Shown: positions 38,905 to 52,944, numbered from the whole stretch's first letter. The stretch is DNA of 62,789 bases, filler included, from Basidiobolus ranarum (GCA_040143965.1; 31 parts of 31 records of this genome joined end to end with filler, not necessarily neighbours in it), one strand, 5' to 3'. Numbers and translations are program-made. The notes: generated by a model not told the origin, from the sequence alone.

Positions 38905-40533
38905 TGTTAAAGTATTTGGAAGCCAATTGGAAATGGTTTGGAGAATTAGAGGAATTGGTGGTTTTCACTAATTGATTTATTGAGTAGAAAGTTGACATTC
39001 ATAGTTTTGTCAAGATGTAAACAAACTAACATGTAGAATATATGAAGGAAGGTCCCAGGAACATGTGTGCAAATTCTGGGGCTTCTAGCACAAGTTTGAA
39101 AAATCTGTTTATCTGGGAACTTTTAAGTTGGTAAAAATATTTTAAGTAAATTCCAATTGAGAATAATTGATAATATCTTAGTGAATTATAAGATAACCAA
39201 GTACTAAGCTATATATTACTATATAGGTGTTTAGGCAATGCTAATTTCAACACTCTCCCTCAACTAAGTAGTCATAGAAACTAATCACAACAAAGGTCTA
39301 AATTTCACAAATTTCTGTCTAGCTAATGGTTGGGTTAGTATATCAGCAATCATGTCCTCTATAGAACAATAAGTTAAGTTAATCAACTTATTTTCTATAG
39401 TATCTTTAATGAAGTGATGCTTAATATCTATGTGTTTGCTTCTATCATGAAATGTGGTATTTTTAGCTAATTTTGTACAACTTTGATTATCTTGAAATAT
39501 TGTAGTTGGTGAATTTTGAGAATATCCCAAATCTGTTAAGAGTTGTCTTAACAATATTGCTCCTTTTGTTGCCCCATAGGCAGCCATGTATTCAGGTTCT
39601 GTTGTTGAAAGTGCTACAATAGGTTGTTTCTTTGAATTCCAAGAAATAGCTCCATTACAGCAAAGAATTAAGTATCCTGTTGTAGATCTTGTGTCTTCAA
39701 TATCTCTTCCTCAATTTGCATCTGAATATCCCATCAGATCAAAATTTGATCCTGAATATGTGTATTTGAAGCATAGATTCATAGTACCTTTCAAATATCT
39801 GAAAATCCGCTTAACTTGTATGATTTGACCATAATTTTGAGGATATTGGCACGTAACTCCCACAGAATATGCAATAACTGGACATGCTCCAACCATAATA
39901 AACATCACACTACCAACTAAGGATTGATAATGGAGTTCCTGGCTTTCATTTGAATAGAAAAATGTCTGATTTGAGCCATTTTTGATCAAGTTAAGATTCA
40001 TTTCCATTGGGGTAGATACTGGTTTACACTCTTCCATTCTGAACTTCATTTGTATATTTAGGATATACTTAGACTGGTTTAAAGTTAATGTTTTGGTAGT
40101 TTAATCTATCTTAATTTGTATTCAATGATAGTATGTCAGTTTACCAAGATCAGTCATTTTGAATTTGGCAGATAAGCTAGATTTGATTTTCTCCAAAGTC
40201 TTCAAGTCATTAGTTGCTATAATAAGGTCATCTACATACAAGGCTAATAAAACTTGGTTTGTAGTATCTCTCCTGGAGTAGATACTATAGTCAGCATTAC
40301 TCTTTGGAATTTGAGTGTTTCTAAAAAAACATCTATGTTTCTATTCCAAGCTCTTGGAGGTTGTTTTAAGCCATAGAGTGTTTTCTGGAGTCTGCAAATT
40401 TTTAGGGTTTTCTGGGTCCACAAATCCATCTGGCCGGCCCATATAGATCTCCTCAGCAAGCTCACCATTCAAAAAGGCACTTTTAACATCCATTTGATGT
40501 ATAATAAAGTGATATTTAGCTGAAATTGCTAAA
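38905..40533 (-). mobile_element. Copia 3' end: RT, RNase H, PPT GAGGGAGAG (39261-39253) and 348-bp LTR family A (39252-38905)
   Basis: LYGLKQ, GYSDA, RSKHIDIKHHFI and ADILTQPL motifs. The PPT abuts TGTTGAAA. Confidence 0.9.
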
Positions 40534-40633
40534 NNNNNNNNNNNNNNNNNNNNNNNNNNNNNNNNNNNNNNNNNNNNTTAATTAATTAANNNNNNNNNNN
40601 NNNNNNNNNNNNNNNNNNNNNNNNNNNNNNNNN

Positions 40634-41320
40634 AATAGGACCATAGTGGAGATGGCAAGATCAATGTTACATGATCAAAAGTTAGATTACCAATATTGGG
40701 CTGAGTCTGTCTCCACTGCAGTCAATATCAAAAACAGATGCCCAACAAGATTGCTACAAAATCCTACTCCATTTGAACCCCTATATGGATAAATACCATG
40801 TGTGCATCATCTCCGGATCTTTGGTTGCACAGCATATTGCCTAATTCCAGCTCAAAAATGATCTAAATTGGAACCTAAAAGCAGAAAATGCATATTTCTT
40901 GGTTATTGTGATGGATTTCAGGCCTACAGACTGTTTGATACCTAAAATCAGAAGTTAATTATGTGCTGGGATGTGATTTAGTATTGCCTAAACATCTGTA
41001 TTTTCAAAGTGAGCTTAGTATCAAGTAAATGTATATTTGACTATGATGTTATGCTTTATTTTCACTTGAAATTTACTTCAAATATTTTTACCAACTTAGA
41101 AGTACCCATATATACATTTTTTGAACTTGAGCTAAAGTAGCACTTTCAACAAAAAAATCAGAAAACTCAGCTACTTGTGAAGTAACAAAAGAAGCAATAT
41201 GGTTAAGAATACTGTTAACAGAAACCAAAGACAGTATTGTTGATATTTTCACCCAACCATCAGCTACCAGATCTTTGAGGTATTATGACTTTTCTCAGTC
41301 TGATATTTCATCAACTGAAG
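40634..41320 (+). mobile_element. Deleted Copia remnant (integrase C-terminus, diverged LTR-A-like piece, RNase H scraps)
   Basis: NRTIVEMARSML, KLEPKSRKCIFLGY and KEAIWLR motifs. Confidence 0.7.
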
Positions 41321-41498
41321 GCAATATGAGTCAATACTTGATCAATATAGACACAGCAGATTACATTACTTTTAAAATGTTTTTGCTTTTTGAAGGAACT
41401 GAATAGTACCACTTACAAACATCCAACTCAAAAACACTTACTTATAGAATAGTAATTATTACTGGGCAGGTGCTTGAATAAGTAAACAATTGCTTTCA

Positions 41499-42400
41499 TC
41501 TCCAACAATAGTAAAATTGATGTAATCCACATTGGACCCTTCCATCTGGATCACAAATCCACCAGAGAAACCTCACAATATTAGTGCCTTGCATTCTGCC
41601 TTATATTTTGATGGTGAAATAATGACTTCTTAATGGCATTATATTGGTGAACAAACTGCTTACATATTGATCCTCATATTTGAAATGCCATATTTAACTT
41701 CAGGCAATTATTAGAAAAAACAATGCTTGAATGGCAAATTACAGGGTATACTGCTATAGGAATTAATGTTAACATGCATGCCTGTACTTAGGCAGCTTAG
41801 GCTATGTGCTCCAGCCATTATGAGAATCAAAAAATTCCAGAATTTTGTTGTGTTTGGTCTCCACATATGCACATAATGGACTGATCAGACACAACTCAAC
41901 AACATTGAGATGCTTTACCAGCAAGCATGTGGAAAAATTGCTGATCATCCAATATTTAGAGTAGCACTGATACTTGTCAATTAGCTGGCTTTTGTTACTA
42001 TTGACAATGAGAATAAGCTATTGTAATGTAGCAAATTTTCCTACAGAATTTAGTCAAAATATCCTTGACTTACAATCAGGCAAAGTCCTGCCACAAGTAT
42101 ATGAATCAATGCTTGAATAGGTTACCTCATGGTTTGGACAAAAAGAAGTCTATCTTGCAGTGTTCCTAGATCTTGATCACATTAGCACATAAACAAAGCA
42201 GCTCAAATCTAGAGGTAACTACTCTGTGTCCATAGATTGGGTTTTGTTGCTGATATTGTGCTTAGACAATATGAAAACCCATGAGCTTATTGAAAATAGC
42301 CTAGTGTTGGAAAGTTGCTATAGACTTGAGTCTGCTGAACTAATTGTGTTACATCCATCACTTGTTTTGCTGAGACACTGTTAATCAGATTAGCACATTG
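41499..42400 (-). mobile_element. Older, more diverged CMC-like 3' end
   Basis: Colinear with 61851-62780 but with visibly more substitutions and deletions. Confidence 0.75.
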
Positions 42401-43509
42401 GACTTGTTCCATTATGCCAGGATTTATCAGACCTTGGATCAGAATATTAGAGTAAATATGATTGAAATTGATCATGCCAGAGGGTAATGGATAGTGCCAA
42501 ATTGTGCTACATGAATTTTAGAATACTTTATCCATTATGAAATATACAGCACAATGTGNNNNNNNNNNNNNNNNNNNNNNNNNNNNNNNNNNNNNNNNNN
42601 NNTTAATTAATTAANNNNNNNNNNNNNNNNNNNNNNNNNNNNNNNNNNNNNNNNNNNNCTGGATAGAACTACAAATATTAACTTTCCACTCAGCAAGTTG
42701 ATAAGTAAAAGCCACCAATTCTTCTAGTTATGCAAACCACTTCCAACAAACCCCCAAAAACTCAAACAGGTGCAAGTCTATCTAGTTTCTACAAAGCAAA
42801 ACAAGCTGGTTCTGCTTGATGGCCTACTTTGCTTGTGTACCACTCTATAATGGTATCTGAATACTTATGGGTGTTTTGAAGCTGACAGTATATAGAGTTG
42901 TTATTAGGTCATCAGCAGTCAACCTGCTTTTCTCAGCATAAGCATTTATATCACACCTTCCATAGCCTCAGAGTGTAAGCTGCTAGCTGGTTAGGCTGAC
43001 GTACCTGGAGGTTTTCCTTTGGCTGCTGATGAGATTAAACTTCTTGTTTGGACATAGGTTTTGAATGCAGTTCTTTTGCATCTTGTGATAATCAGTAGGC
43101 TGGCTTCAACAGCAGGCTTCTTCTCAATATTACTGCAGCTTCCTGCCTGTAAAGGCTCTACAAGCATAACTACATAAGGCATGTTTAATTACAGGATTTT
43201 AACCACAATCAAAACCTATGTTTCTGCCTACTTGCACCCTCACACATTCTTCATGTTCTCACAAAAGGACCAATGGTTGCCCAGTGACATTGGCCCTGAG
43301 ATATCCCACATTAGCAGCTTAGAGATGGTTGATTAATGGATGTGTGACTATCAGCCTCTGCTCTTTCCAACATTGATATAATCAATGCTACAACTGGCAA
43401 TACTTCCAAAAGCTTCCTTGATATTGACAGAAATGCCATTAAAATATATAACCCTATCTCTGATTTTCAGCCTTTTTAGATTCAATGACTTATAAATGAA
43501 TGAATTATT

Positions 43510-43857
43510 TGTTGAAATTAGCTTTGCCTAAACACCTATATAGTCATATATAGATTAGTACTAAGTTATCTTATAATTCACTAAGATATTATCCATTATT
43601 CACAATTGGAATTTACTTGGAATAATTTTACCAACTTAGAAGTTCTCAGATATATAGATTTTTCAAACTTGTGCTAGAAGCCACAAACTTTGCACACATG
43701 TTACTGGGACCTTCCTTAGCACATTCTACATGTTTGTTTGTGTACATCTTGACAAAACTATAAATGTCAACTTTCTACTCAATAAACAAATAAGTGAAAA
43801 CCACCAATTCCTCTAATTATCCAAACCACTTCCAACAGGCTCCCAAATACTTTAACA
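43510..43857 (+). repeat. Solo Copia LTR family A with 5-bp TSD TTATT
   Basis: TGTTGAAA...TTTAACA, with TTATT at 43505-43509 and 43858-43862. Confidence 0.9.
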
Positions 43858-46143
43858 TTATTTTGGTTAGCCCACACCACTGCTAGCTGGTAGAGTGGCT
43901 TAACCCTACAAATTTTTCTACTTCCACAAATAACTTCCAGAAATGGCCAAAATACTCAAACAGAACTACTGATATAATTTTTTTTCAGAGATATGCTTAT
44001 ACTCAGCTGGTACATTGGTCAGAGCCTCCATTTTACAAGAATAGTCATCTTTTTTTTGGCACCAATAAACTAATATTAACCAGACTCATATTCAATAATT
44101 AGCAGAGTTGAATTTAAAATTTCAAAACCATTCTATATGGTCCTGGAGTAGCTCATCATGCTCTGGCATATATCTTAAGCTGAATTCTAATGTTGGCTTT
44201 CTATTATTCCTTGATTAAGCAACTATACCTGGTTTAAATAGTTAGTAAATATGGTGGAGGATCTTGACAGAATGGAGGTACACTTTTTGTATTAGAGGCA
44301 ACTGCTGATAGTATTTGAGTTACTTTATCCTTGAGGGAATATGGTGACTCAAATAGCAGAGAAGTAAATCAATTGTTTGAGATATATGGATAAGTGGTGG
44401 TAATAAGACATACTGGCTGTATGGATATAGAGATATTCTCAAATAGAATATAGGTGTTATATATATTTTACTTTCATGGATTTGATATTTGTTTCATAAC
44501 AAAAGTTAACTAAGATGTTAAATAAAGGTTAACTATCTAACAAACTACTGTAGTGCTGAGTTATTTTGGGAGCTGTTGCAAGTNNNNNNNNNNNNNNNNN
44601 NNNNNNNNNNNNNNNNNNNNNNNNNNNTTAATTAATTAANNNNNNNNNNNNNNNNNNNNNNNNNNNNNNNNNNNNNNNNNNNNGCCTCCAATCCCGTACC
44701 CCCACAGATTTCTGGAGATCGTTTGATCTGGACTATCCAGATACCACCATAGCATTCGAAACACGCAACATATCCCCGTCTCTCATATCGCTCTTCCATA
44801 TATGCAATATGGATGTTACGCACACATTAAAATCAATGATTAAATATCATTCAAACGGTTTCATTCCTAGGTTGTTCCTACCACATCCTAGTTCATTCAT
44901 TCCTATTACACCCTAGTCCATCCTACTGTGTTCATCCCTATTGCGTCCTAAGCAATCTTGTCTCATTTCTTGAGTTACCGATATCAGACAACCGTAATCA
45001 CGGACGGTCTGCATGATCGTCTAAGGAGAGAGTTTAGAGAGCCAATGATCTGCCGAGGGATAACGGGGTATTGACTTGCTTATCATTGGAATGGTCTATT
45101 AGGGATAGGGAGGATCAGGAAAAAGGAGGATCACAAAATGATATGCACATGAATCTCCATCACGATTGATTATTTATATTGTTTATTATAGTCATTGTGG
45201 GATTCACTCCTATGTAACCAGTTGATGATCCTGCACCAAGTTGATCATTTCTGCTGACATAAACGAACGCTCCCCTTTGATCGGCAAACCTTTGATGAAC
45301 ATTGTGCTGAGATCGCACCTGGGGAATAACGAATCACGAATTGGGCTGATCCACATTCATTAACTCTGGTCTTACTCTCTAACGAATGGGACAATGAAGA
45401 CATCTACGAATAGCATGATGGGATGTCCACGAATGGCTCGCTATACATATCAAGTGGTAGGGTGTTCCTAATCGAGTGTTCCCTATAGGATGTTCCTGAC
45501 CCCACGATCGTTGCTCTCCAGATGCTACAACCTAGTAGAAACCACAACAGTTGCACATGCTTCGTTAGTGTCGACTTTTGCTTGGCCGTTATCCAACGTA
45601 GGTATTGTCCCCAATACACAGCATAGTATCACTCAGTTTAACAAATAACCCACACATTCAATGGCACCACATGATAGGTTGTGCATCCAATAGCCCGTAT
45701 AGTGGCAGTTTAGGGAGTATAAATGAAATGTGTTAATCCAATTTAAAGAAAGCATACTAAGTTTCAGTGGATGGCATCTTTTCGGAAGATAGTTCTATTA
45801 ACCGTCAACTGGAAGCGATATAGACAAATAAGTAATAACCAACTCTGTTACTGCTCTATTTTATTTCCATTGCATTGAAACGTTTCAGATGAGAAACATC
45901 CGTTTAAACCAACACCCACTCAGTATTTGTTTAAAGTGATATCTAATCTTCGTTTTAATCCAAGTAGATTAATGGTCTGCCGGTGTAGTGACCATCCTGA
46001 TAATGAATATTCATAATCAACCTATGCTCTTACGTAAAATTGCTTTCAAAGAAGCCGAAAATAGAACCCAATAATGGACCAAGGCTCAAGTCAGACTGTT
46101 TAAGAAGAATTAGACTCCAATGTATACTTATACAATAAAATGA

Positions 46144-46607
46144 TCAGATAAATACCGGTATTGGGCAATCAAAACTAGCCTCACTCTTGAACTTTGGGGT
46201 AATTTTGGTAATGGCTAATACTGAAAAGTACAACTCAATCTCATATTGTATTGTAATCTGCTCTCGGGGTTGGCCAGGCAAAAGACCACAACGACCCGCA
46301 ATATCCTTCAGCACTACTGAATCTGGGTCCATGGCTCTACTAAATATCAACGTGAAGGGAAACAAAAGAGTGGTGACGCTTTTTCTGGTGATATCCACAT
46401 TATTAAACGTTCCATTCCCGAATTGAACCCCTGAGAGTAAAGGATAAAACCCCTATCGAAACGAAAGGTGAGAGTAAGTCAGCATACCTTAGTAAATATA
46501 GAGAGAAGATACGTACAATGGCTGTAATTTGATTGAACTTGGCTCCGATGAAATTAGGGTTCTCGAGTGATATATTCAACCTTGTGTTAAAAATGAGAGT
46601 TTGTGTT
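46144..46607 (-). CDS. LEA_2-like fungal protein, 3' exons (intron about 46516-46453)
   Basis: Spliced reading LNISLENPNFIGAKFNQITAI-GFYP..GVQFGNG..FPFTL..RCG..FDCPI fits the NPN-type LEA_2/WHy fold pattern. Confidence 0.65.
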
Positions 46608-46707
46608 NNNNNNNNNNNNNNNNNNNNNNNNNNNNNNNNNNNNNNNNNNNNTTAATTAATTAANNNNNNNNNNNNNNNNNNNNNNNNNNNNNNNNNNNNN
46701 NNNNNNN

Positions 46708-46818
46708 CCTACTGCCCACAAGATAAAGCCTTGGAAGACACTTACGAAACATGTCCTACTGCCCACAAGATAAAGCCTTGGAAGACACTTACGAAACATG
46801 TCCTACTGCCCACAAGAT
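46708..46818 (+). repeat. Perfect 47-bp tandem repeat (at least 2.3 copies) of Copia gag sequence
   Basis: The unit contains AAAGCCTTGGAAGACACTTAC (KALEDTY), homologous to gag at 48587-48607. Confidence 0.8.
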
Positions 46819-46959
46819 GTTTCTAAGAAAGCAACCGATTCAACTGAAAATGAATTTAGGTGAAGATATAAAGTAATAAACTAATAAAGTCACTATCTTA
46901 GTGGATGCAATGACTATATATTTTCTAGTAAGTGTAAGAATAAAAAGAGAGGTCTGGGA

Positions 46960-47309
46960 TGTTGAAATTAGCATTGCCTAAGCACCTATATAATTATATA
47001 AAGCTAAGTATTTACTTATCTTATATTTCGCCAAGATATCACCCATTATTCTCAATTGGAATTTACTTGGAATATTGACACCAACTTAGAAGTTCTCAGA
47101 TATATGGATTTTTCAAACTTGTGCTAGAGGCTCCAGACTTTGCACACATATTCCTGGAACCTTCTCTTAACCCATTCTACACGTTAGCTTATTTACTTCT
47201 TGACAAAACTATAAATGGCAACTGAATACTCAATAAATCAATAAGTGAAAACCACCATATTCTCTAATTCTCCAAACCAGTTCCAACAGGCTTCCAGAAT
47301 ATGTTAACA
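46960..47309 (+). repeat. Copia LTR family A, probably solo (flanks TGGGA/TGGAG, imperfect TSD)
   Basis: Full-length match to 43510-43857. Confidence 0.85.
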
Positions 47310-47945
47310 TGGAGGACCCAGTCCTCCCAGTACAATAAGAAAGCAGGGGGATTGGGAGATGCAATGTTACCATATACTATCTTCACACATTATATTTGCA
47401 AGTTACTAGCAAATGGGAAGAGCTGGGCTAGCTCAAGTTTTCCAAAGGTTGGAGATCTTTCACTTTTGTAATCAAAATCTTGTATAAAGCAGGGCCCCAA
47501 TAACAAATAAATATCAATTTTACTTTGTGATTATAAATAAACATTTTACAACTTTAATGTAAAATTTGGCATACATTAGACAATAAACTTCTTACAAATA
47601 CATACTTAATAATACTAATTGATGAGTACTTGCACCATAGGTTATACCAATTCTCTTTGTTAAATACTTAAACACTAATATATATAGCTTTGTATAGGTT
47701 TGCCACAAGTCTTTCAGTGACACAAATGGCAAAACTAAATTTTTGGCTACATGAGCTGCCCACCACAAAGGTGGTACAGGTTTAAAAAGCAGCATGCCCA
47801 GTGTCAAATAATTAACTGAAATATGCACAACAGAGCCCTGTAAAGTTAATTAAACCACCTTGCATTGGGTCTGCATGCACTGGCAAATTTCAGCATATTC
47901 TTTACCTTGAATTTTACAGGGACTAAGGTCAACCAATATAGTTTT

Positions 47946-48631
47946 TGCTGAAATTAGCATTGCCTAAACACCTATATAATCATATATAGCTTAGTACTTA
48001 GTTATCTTATATCTCACTGATATATTATCCTTTATTCTCAATTGGAATTTACTTAGAATATTGACACCAACTTAGAAGTTCTCATATATAGATTTTTCAA
48101 ACTTGTGCCAGAAGCCCCAAACATTGCACACATGTTCATGGGAACTTCCTTAATGCATTCTACTCATTAGCTTGTTTACATCCTGACAAAACTATAAATG
48201 TCAACTTTTTACTCAATAATTGAAAACCACCAATTCCTCTAGTTCTCCAAACCACTTCCAACAGGCTCCCAAATAGTTTAACAGCTTATGAGCCCTGACC
48301 ATGCACTCTCTGCAATGTCTGCTTTGCAAATTTATGGAACTTTTCCCTCCTCTGAAAAATTGGATGGAACCAATTATCAAGTTTGATAAAATATAATGAA
48401 AATGCTGCTGTAAGAAAAAGGACTTTGGGACACTGTTGTAGGAGAAAAAAACAATGCAAGACTATCTGAAACAAAGTTTTACTCCAGGTTAAAAAAGAAC
48501 AAAGTGCCTTTAACACAATATGACTTAATGTTAAAGACAAATTGCTAATTCAATGTTTAAGAGCTAAAACTGCCAAGAAGGTATGGAAAGCCTTAGAAGA
48601 CACCTACCAAATAAGTTCTGCTGGCAACAAG
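47946..48631 (+). mobile_element. Copia 5' end: LTR A (47946-48283), PBS GCTTATGAGCCCTG, degenerate gag
   Basis: PBS abuts the LTR. EKLDGTNYQV and KVWKALEDTY gag motifs follow. Confidence 0.85.
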
Positions 48632-48731
48632 NNNNNNNNNNNNNNNNNNNNNNNNNNNNNNNNNNNNNNNNNNNNTTAATTAATTAANNNNNNNNNNNNN
48701 NNNNNNNNNNNNNNNNNNNNNNNNNNNNNNN

Positions 48732-49542
48732 TTTATTACAGGTTTAAAGAAGATAGACTGAATCTATACCGGTATTCAATATGTTCCCTGCTGCATCTTT
48801 CACAATGCTTAGAGATTATAGGCCCTTGCTGTATGTTCTTGGAGCTCCCAATGGAGTGCACCTGCAGTGAAATGATGCTCTGTGTGAAATTGTCAGTATT
48901 ACCATATGCTAATCTGATTAACAATGTATCAGCAAAATCAGTGATGGATGAAATGCAATGGGTTAAGGAGACTCCAGAGTGTATTAATCTGCAAACAAAG
49001 GGCTCTTTTCAATATGCACACAGGTTTTTGCATTGTTTGAGCACAATAACAGCAACAGAGCCCAATCCATGGACACAGAGTGAGTATCTCTATAATTGGA
49101 GTAATTTGCTTGTGTGCTAATCAGATGGCATTTTTAGGAAAGCTGTAAGACTGACTTCTTGGTGAGATAGATCAAGATATGCAGTATTATTGCTTTAGCC
49201 ATGGGGTAATCTATTCAAGCAATGACACATCAACTTGTGGCAGGACATTTGTTGACTGCAAGTTGGCAATGTATTGGCTGAATTCTTTATGGATATTTGC
49301 CAAAATCCAAGTGCTTATTCTCACTGTGAATGGTAACAAGAGTTATCTATTTGCCAAGTGTCAGTGCTATTCAAAATTTCAGATGTTAAGCAATTTTTCC
49401 ACCGTTAGTTTACTGGTTTAGCATATTGATGTTCTTAAGTTATGTCTAATCTTTCAAGTGGCCCATATGTAGAGACTAAACACAACCAGATTCTTGTATT
49501 TTTTAATCCTTATTATGGCGGGAATCAAAGCCTAAAATATCT
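48732..49542 (+). pseudogene. CMC-like transposase 3' fragment
   Basis: Homologous to 14680-15492. Confidence 0.85.
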
Positions 49543-50655
49543 CAGTAAAGGCTTGCATATTGATTCATTTTGGAAGTTGATGGTCTTGATGGTGCTTTGG
49601 ATGAACTTTGCTTAACTATTGCTTTACTACGTAATTGGGGGATTACAATCTCTTCACTTCCACTATTGGTGGAATGGAACACATCTGGTAAATTGATCAA
49701 TCCTTCATCATTACTTGAGTTAGTTTCTGGTATGTTAATGCCTTCTAAAGTGGATAGTGGATCAATAGAGTGCACATGAATTAAGTCCTCTGTTCTTGCT
49801 GGTTTTTTTCCCTTTGTGCCAGCAGGCTTTGGATTAGAAGCGGATTTTGACTTAGATTTTGAACGCTTTTTGAATGGCATTGAAATTTTGCAATGGTAAA
49901 CTTGGTGTAATGAAATTGTTTAGAAACAGCTTATACTAAACCAAAATTGCCATCCATTACCAAAAATATCTTTTAAATTCCCTGATGACTTATGTGGGAG
50001 ATGTTCTTTTTTGTATAATGGCCTTCTAATGCCACAACACAAACATTTAAAGAAGCCCTGCTATTATTGTCTCAAATTCTTGTGCTATGAAAGCCACAGG
50101 CTTCATAAAAAAAATAACCACAAGCTTGGTCAATGTACAAAGCCATCAGCTGCACAAAGCCTGGTGTATAACAACAGTAATAAGTGCACTAAATTAACTT
50201 TAGTTTTGCCTATTGAGTTCACTGACTGTAGTTTGCCTCAAAGCTTTGGTAACACACCAAAAGTCAAGATACCATTGAATTACCACAGTTATATGACAAG
50301 AATGATGTAGGTCAAAATGCAACTTTAGTCAAACCAGTCAGTCCAGACAACTTTGAGGACTTGCTGCTAGATGTTGACCTTGGTTATTCCAGTACCAATG
50401 GTAGTATATCAGAAGTTGAAGAAGAAGACAATGGTTTTGTTATGGACTCTTTGTTATTGGCAAACATTAGTCCACTCATAACACTTACAGTAAAGGAAGC
50501 AGCTTTGATTATTGAGGAGTGGAGAGTTCAATCCAATCTTAGCAACCAGGTGTTTATTGGTTTTCTTACACTTTTACCACAGTTGATTGGCAACTGTTGC
50601 TTGCCACAGACCTGGTACAAGTGGAAAACACTTGTCAATCATATGACTTATAATC
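49543..50655 (+). mobile_element. CMC-like element centre: ORF2 start (49880, -) and transposase start (50029, +)
   Basis: Open 112-aa MPFKKRSK... frame. Spacer shortened by a deletion. Confidence 0.8.
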
Positions 50656-50755
50656 NNNNNNNNNNNNNNNNNNNNNNNNNNNNNNNNNNNNNNNNNNNNT
50701 TAATTAATTAANNNNNNNNNNNNNNNNNNNNNNNNNNNNNNNNNNNNNNNNNNNN

Positions 50756-51537
50756 TCATAGTAAACTATAAATAGGACATATTCAATTCAATAAAACTTA
50801 AGTGTCTAATTCACAAATCCAAATCTTGTCCAAAACACTTCCAAATCCCCTAAACACTTTTATCAAAACCAAAAGACTCTTAATATCAGAGCTGCCATCA
50901 CTTGCTCTGATGATGAGTAATTCACATTTTGGAAACTGTGCAGAATCTTGCCCTAAATCACCTGGATTTGAGCCAATTATTTCAAAACTAAATCCAAGCA
51001 TTGCTCTGAAGGTTCTTAACTTAGTTCATGTTGCTTATCCTGGGTTTTTGCAAGAAAATGGCTATTGGGCTAGTATAAGTCAACTCATGAAACATCTCAA
51101 AAATGTACATGATTATCGATGTAGAATAGAAAGAAAAGCAGCTAAAGAAGTACCCAAGGAGCAGGAAGTTGGTAAACCCAAGGGAAATGCAAAGGAGCCA
51201 GTGAATTTAGGCTCAACTGTCTCACTTATCAAATTCTTCACACTATCACAAATATTTTCATTTCCTGAGTCAGATAGGATTATATATATGTGTTAACTCC
51301 ATGGTATCATGACTTTCAGCAGTGTTACCAGAACTTTGAGCGGTAAGCACAGCCAGTGGACTCAGTGGACTACTGAAGCAATTTTGTGCATCAATTATTA
51401 TTGATGTTTACCAGGCTTGTTGGAGCTGGTGGCTTTGTAGAGTGACTGTGCTTATGATTAACTTTTCTATGAAGCCTCTCATAGCATGAGAACTTGTGAC
51501 AATAACAGCAGGCCTTCTTTAAAAGTTTGTGTTGCAG
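50756..51537. mobile_element. CMC-like ORF2 middle (+, to about 51290) and diverged transposase N-terminus (-, about 51300-51537)
   Basis: Homology to 7560-7980 and 6340-6580. Confidence 0.65.
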
Positions 51538-52612
51538 TGTAGTTGTTTTAGGGTGTGAGCACCAACTGTAACTGCAATATCCTAAGGGTTTTGTGAGGTG
51601 TTCAAAGGGTGCAATAACCATGGCAGAATAACTCTGGGATGTACTGTAATATGGTTCTGTCTCTTGCCTCTTGGGTCTTTGTGAAAGGGAATCAAGCCTC
51701 TAGAAATGTCTAAGGACTGCTAAACCACAATATAATGTCTAGCATTTGGCTTAATAATATGCTGGTGCCAGACAAAAGAACATCTTGGCATCAAAGTCCT
51801 TTGAGAATGATCAGATAAAAAGGGTATATCTAATTAAAACAACTGTAAACTCAGCCAGCAGGGTCAGAAGTGAGGATGCACTAGTAGTGATTAGTCCAAG
51901 GTTATGAAAAGTTCCTTGCCTAAGCAGACAATGCTAGGGAAAAAATATAAGGTGTTGGAAATATAACAACTACCTGTCAGTACTTCCTTTGAGCTGGTGA
52001 AGTTCTTTCTAGTTACACAGTAGCCTGTAACTGTCTCTAGTAGTCTCTCTAGAGCTTCCTCTTCCAAGGTCTCATAAGTGGTGATGAAAATAAGGGACAA
52101 TGACAAGTAGTAATTGTTAGTTGAAAACCAGATTGATTTTATTTGAGAAGATATGGCTCCTATTTATACTTTTCTGCAAATAGATCTGATAACCAATGAG
52201 AATTTCCAGAAAGTGCTACAGAATTCTGTTACTAGGGATCTGGGCTTAAGATATCATCATAAATCATAACATTAGTAATCCATGGAATGTTCCGGAAGGT
52301 TGTAGAATAATCCAGAAAGTCATGGAATATTCAGGCAAAATCAAGTTTTGATTGGTCAAAATTCCATCAATCTTCAATTATTCCAAGAATCTTGTGAACT
52401 ATCCTGGAAGATTGTAAAATTTTCTAAAAATAATCTGGCTAATGTGGTTCAATACTGATAAATCTCAAATAATTGGGAATAATATTAATGGTGTGATTTG
52501 ATTGGCCAGAAAATATGGGTAAGTCAAATATGGATAAAAAAGTAGAAATTGTGCAATAGTAATGATATGAGGGAGAGTTTGTTTAGAAATGAAATCCCAG
52601 CTGACTGCTACA
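51538..52612 (-). repeat. Possible ~1.07-kb LTR (TGTAG...CTACA)
   Basis: Inverted TGTAG ends, TATAAATAGG on the minus strand near 52165, and a length similar to 37069-38141. No TSD seen. Confidence 0.4.
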
Positions 52613-52778
52613 ACTGTCTTGGCCCGAAGGTTCTCACCTCTTATGTGCGCAACAATCGTTATTTGGAGAAGTATGGATNNNNNNNNNNNNNNNNNNNNNN
52701 NNNNNNNNNNNNNNNNNNNNNNTTAATTAATTAANNNNNNNNNNNNNNNNNNNNNNNNNNNNNNNNNNNNNNNNNNNN

Positions 52779-52944
52779 AGGTTTCATGGAATGTTCCAAA
52801 GAACATGACTTCCATATAAGGTAATCTGGATGAACTGACACCAGATTGCCAGGAAGGGATGGCACGGTAGATATGATGTCATAATCTAATAATGGAAGAG
52901 TTCCATATGCAGTTGATCAGTATGCCGAGATCCGAATCATGACA
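52779..52944 (-). repeat. LTR family C, partial
   Basis: Reverse complement starts TGTCATGATTCGGATCTCGGCATAC. Confidence 0.7.

Noticed and set aside
44684-46100. Short ORFs in CpG-normal DNA
   Set aside because: No recognisable domains; probably intergenic or UTR.
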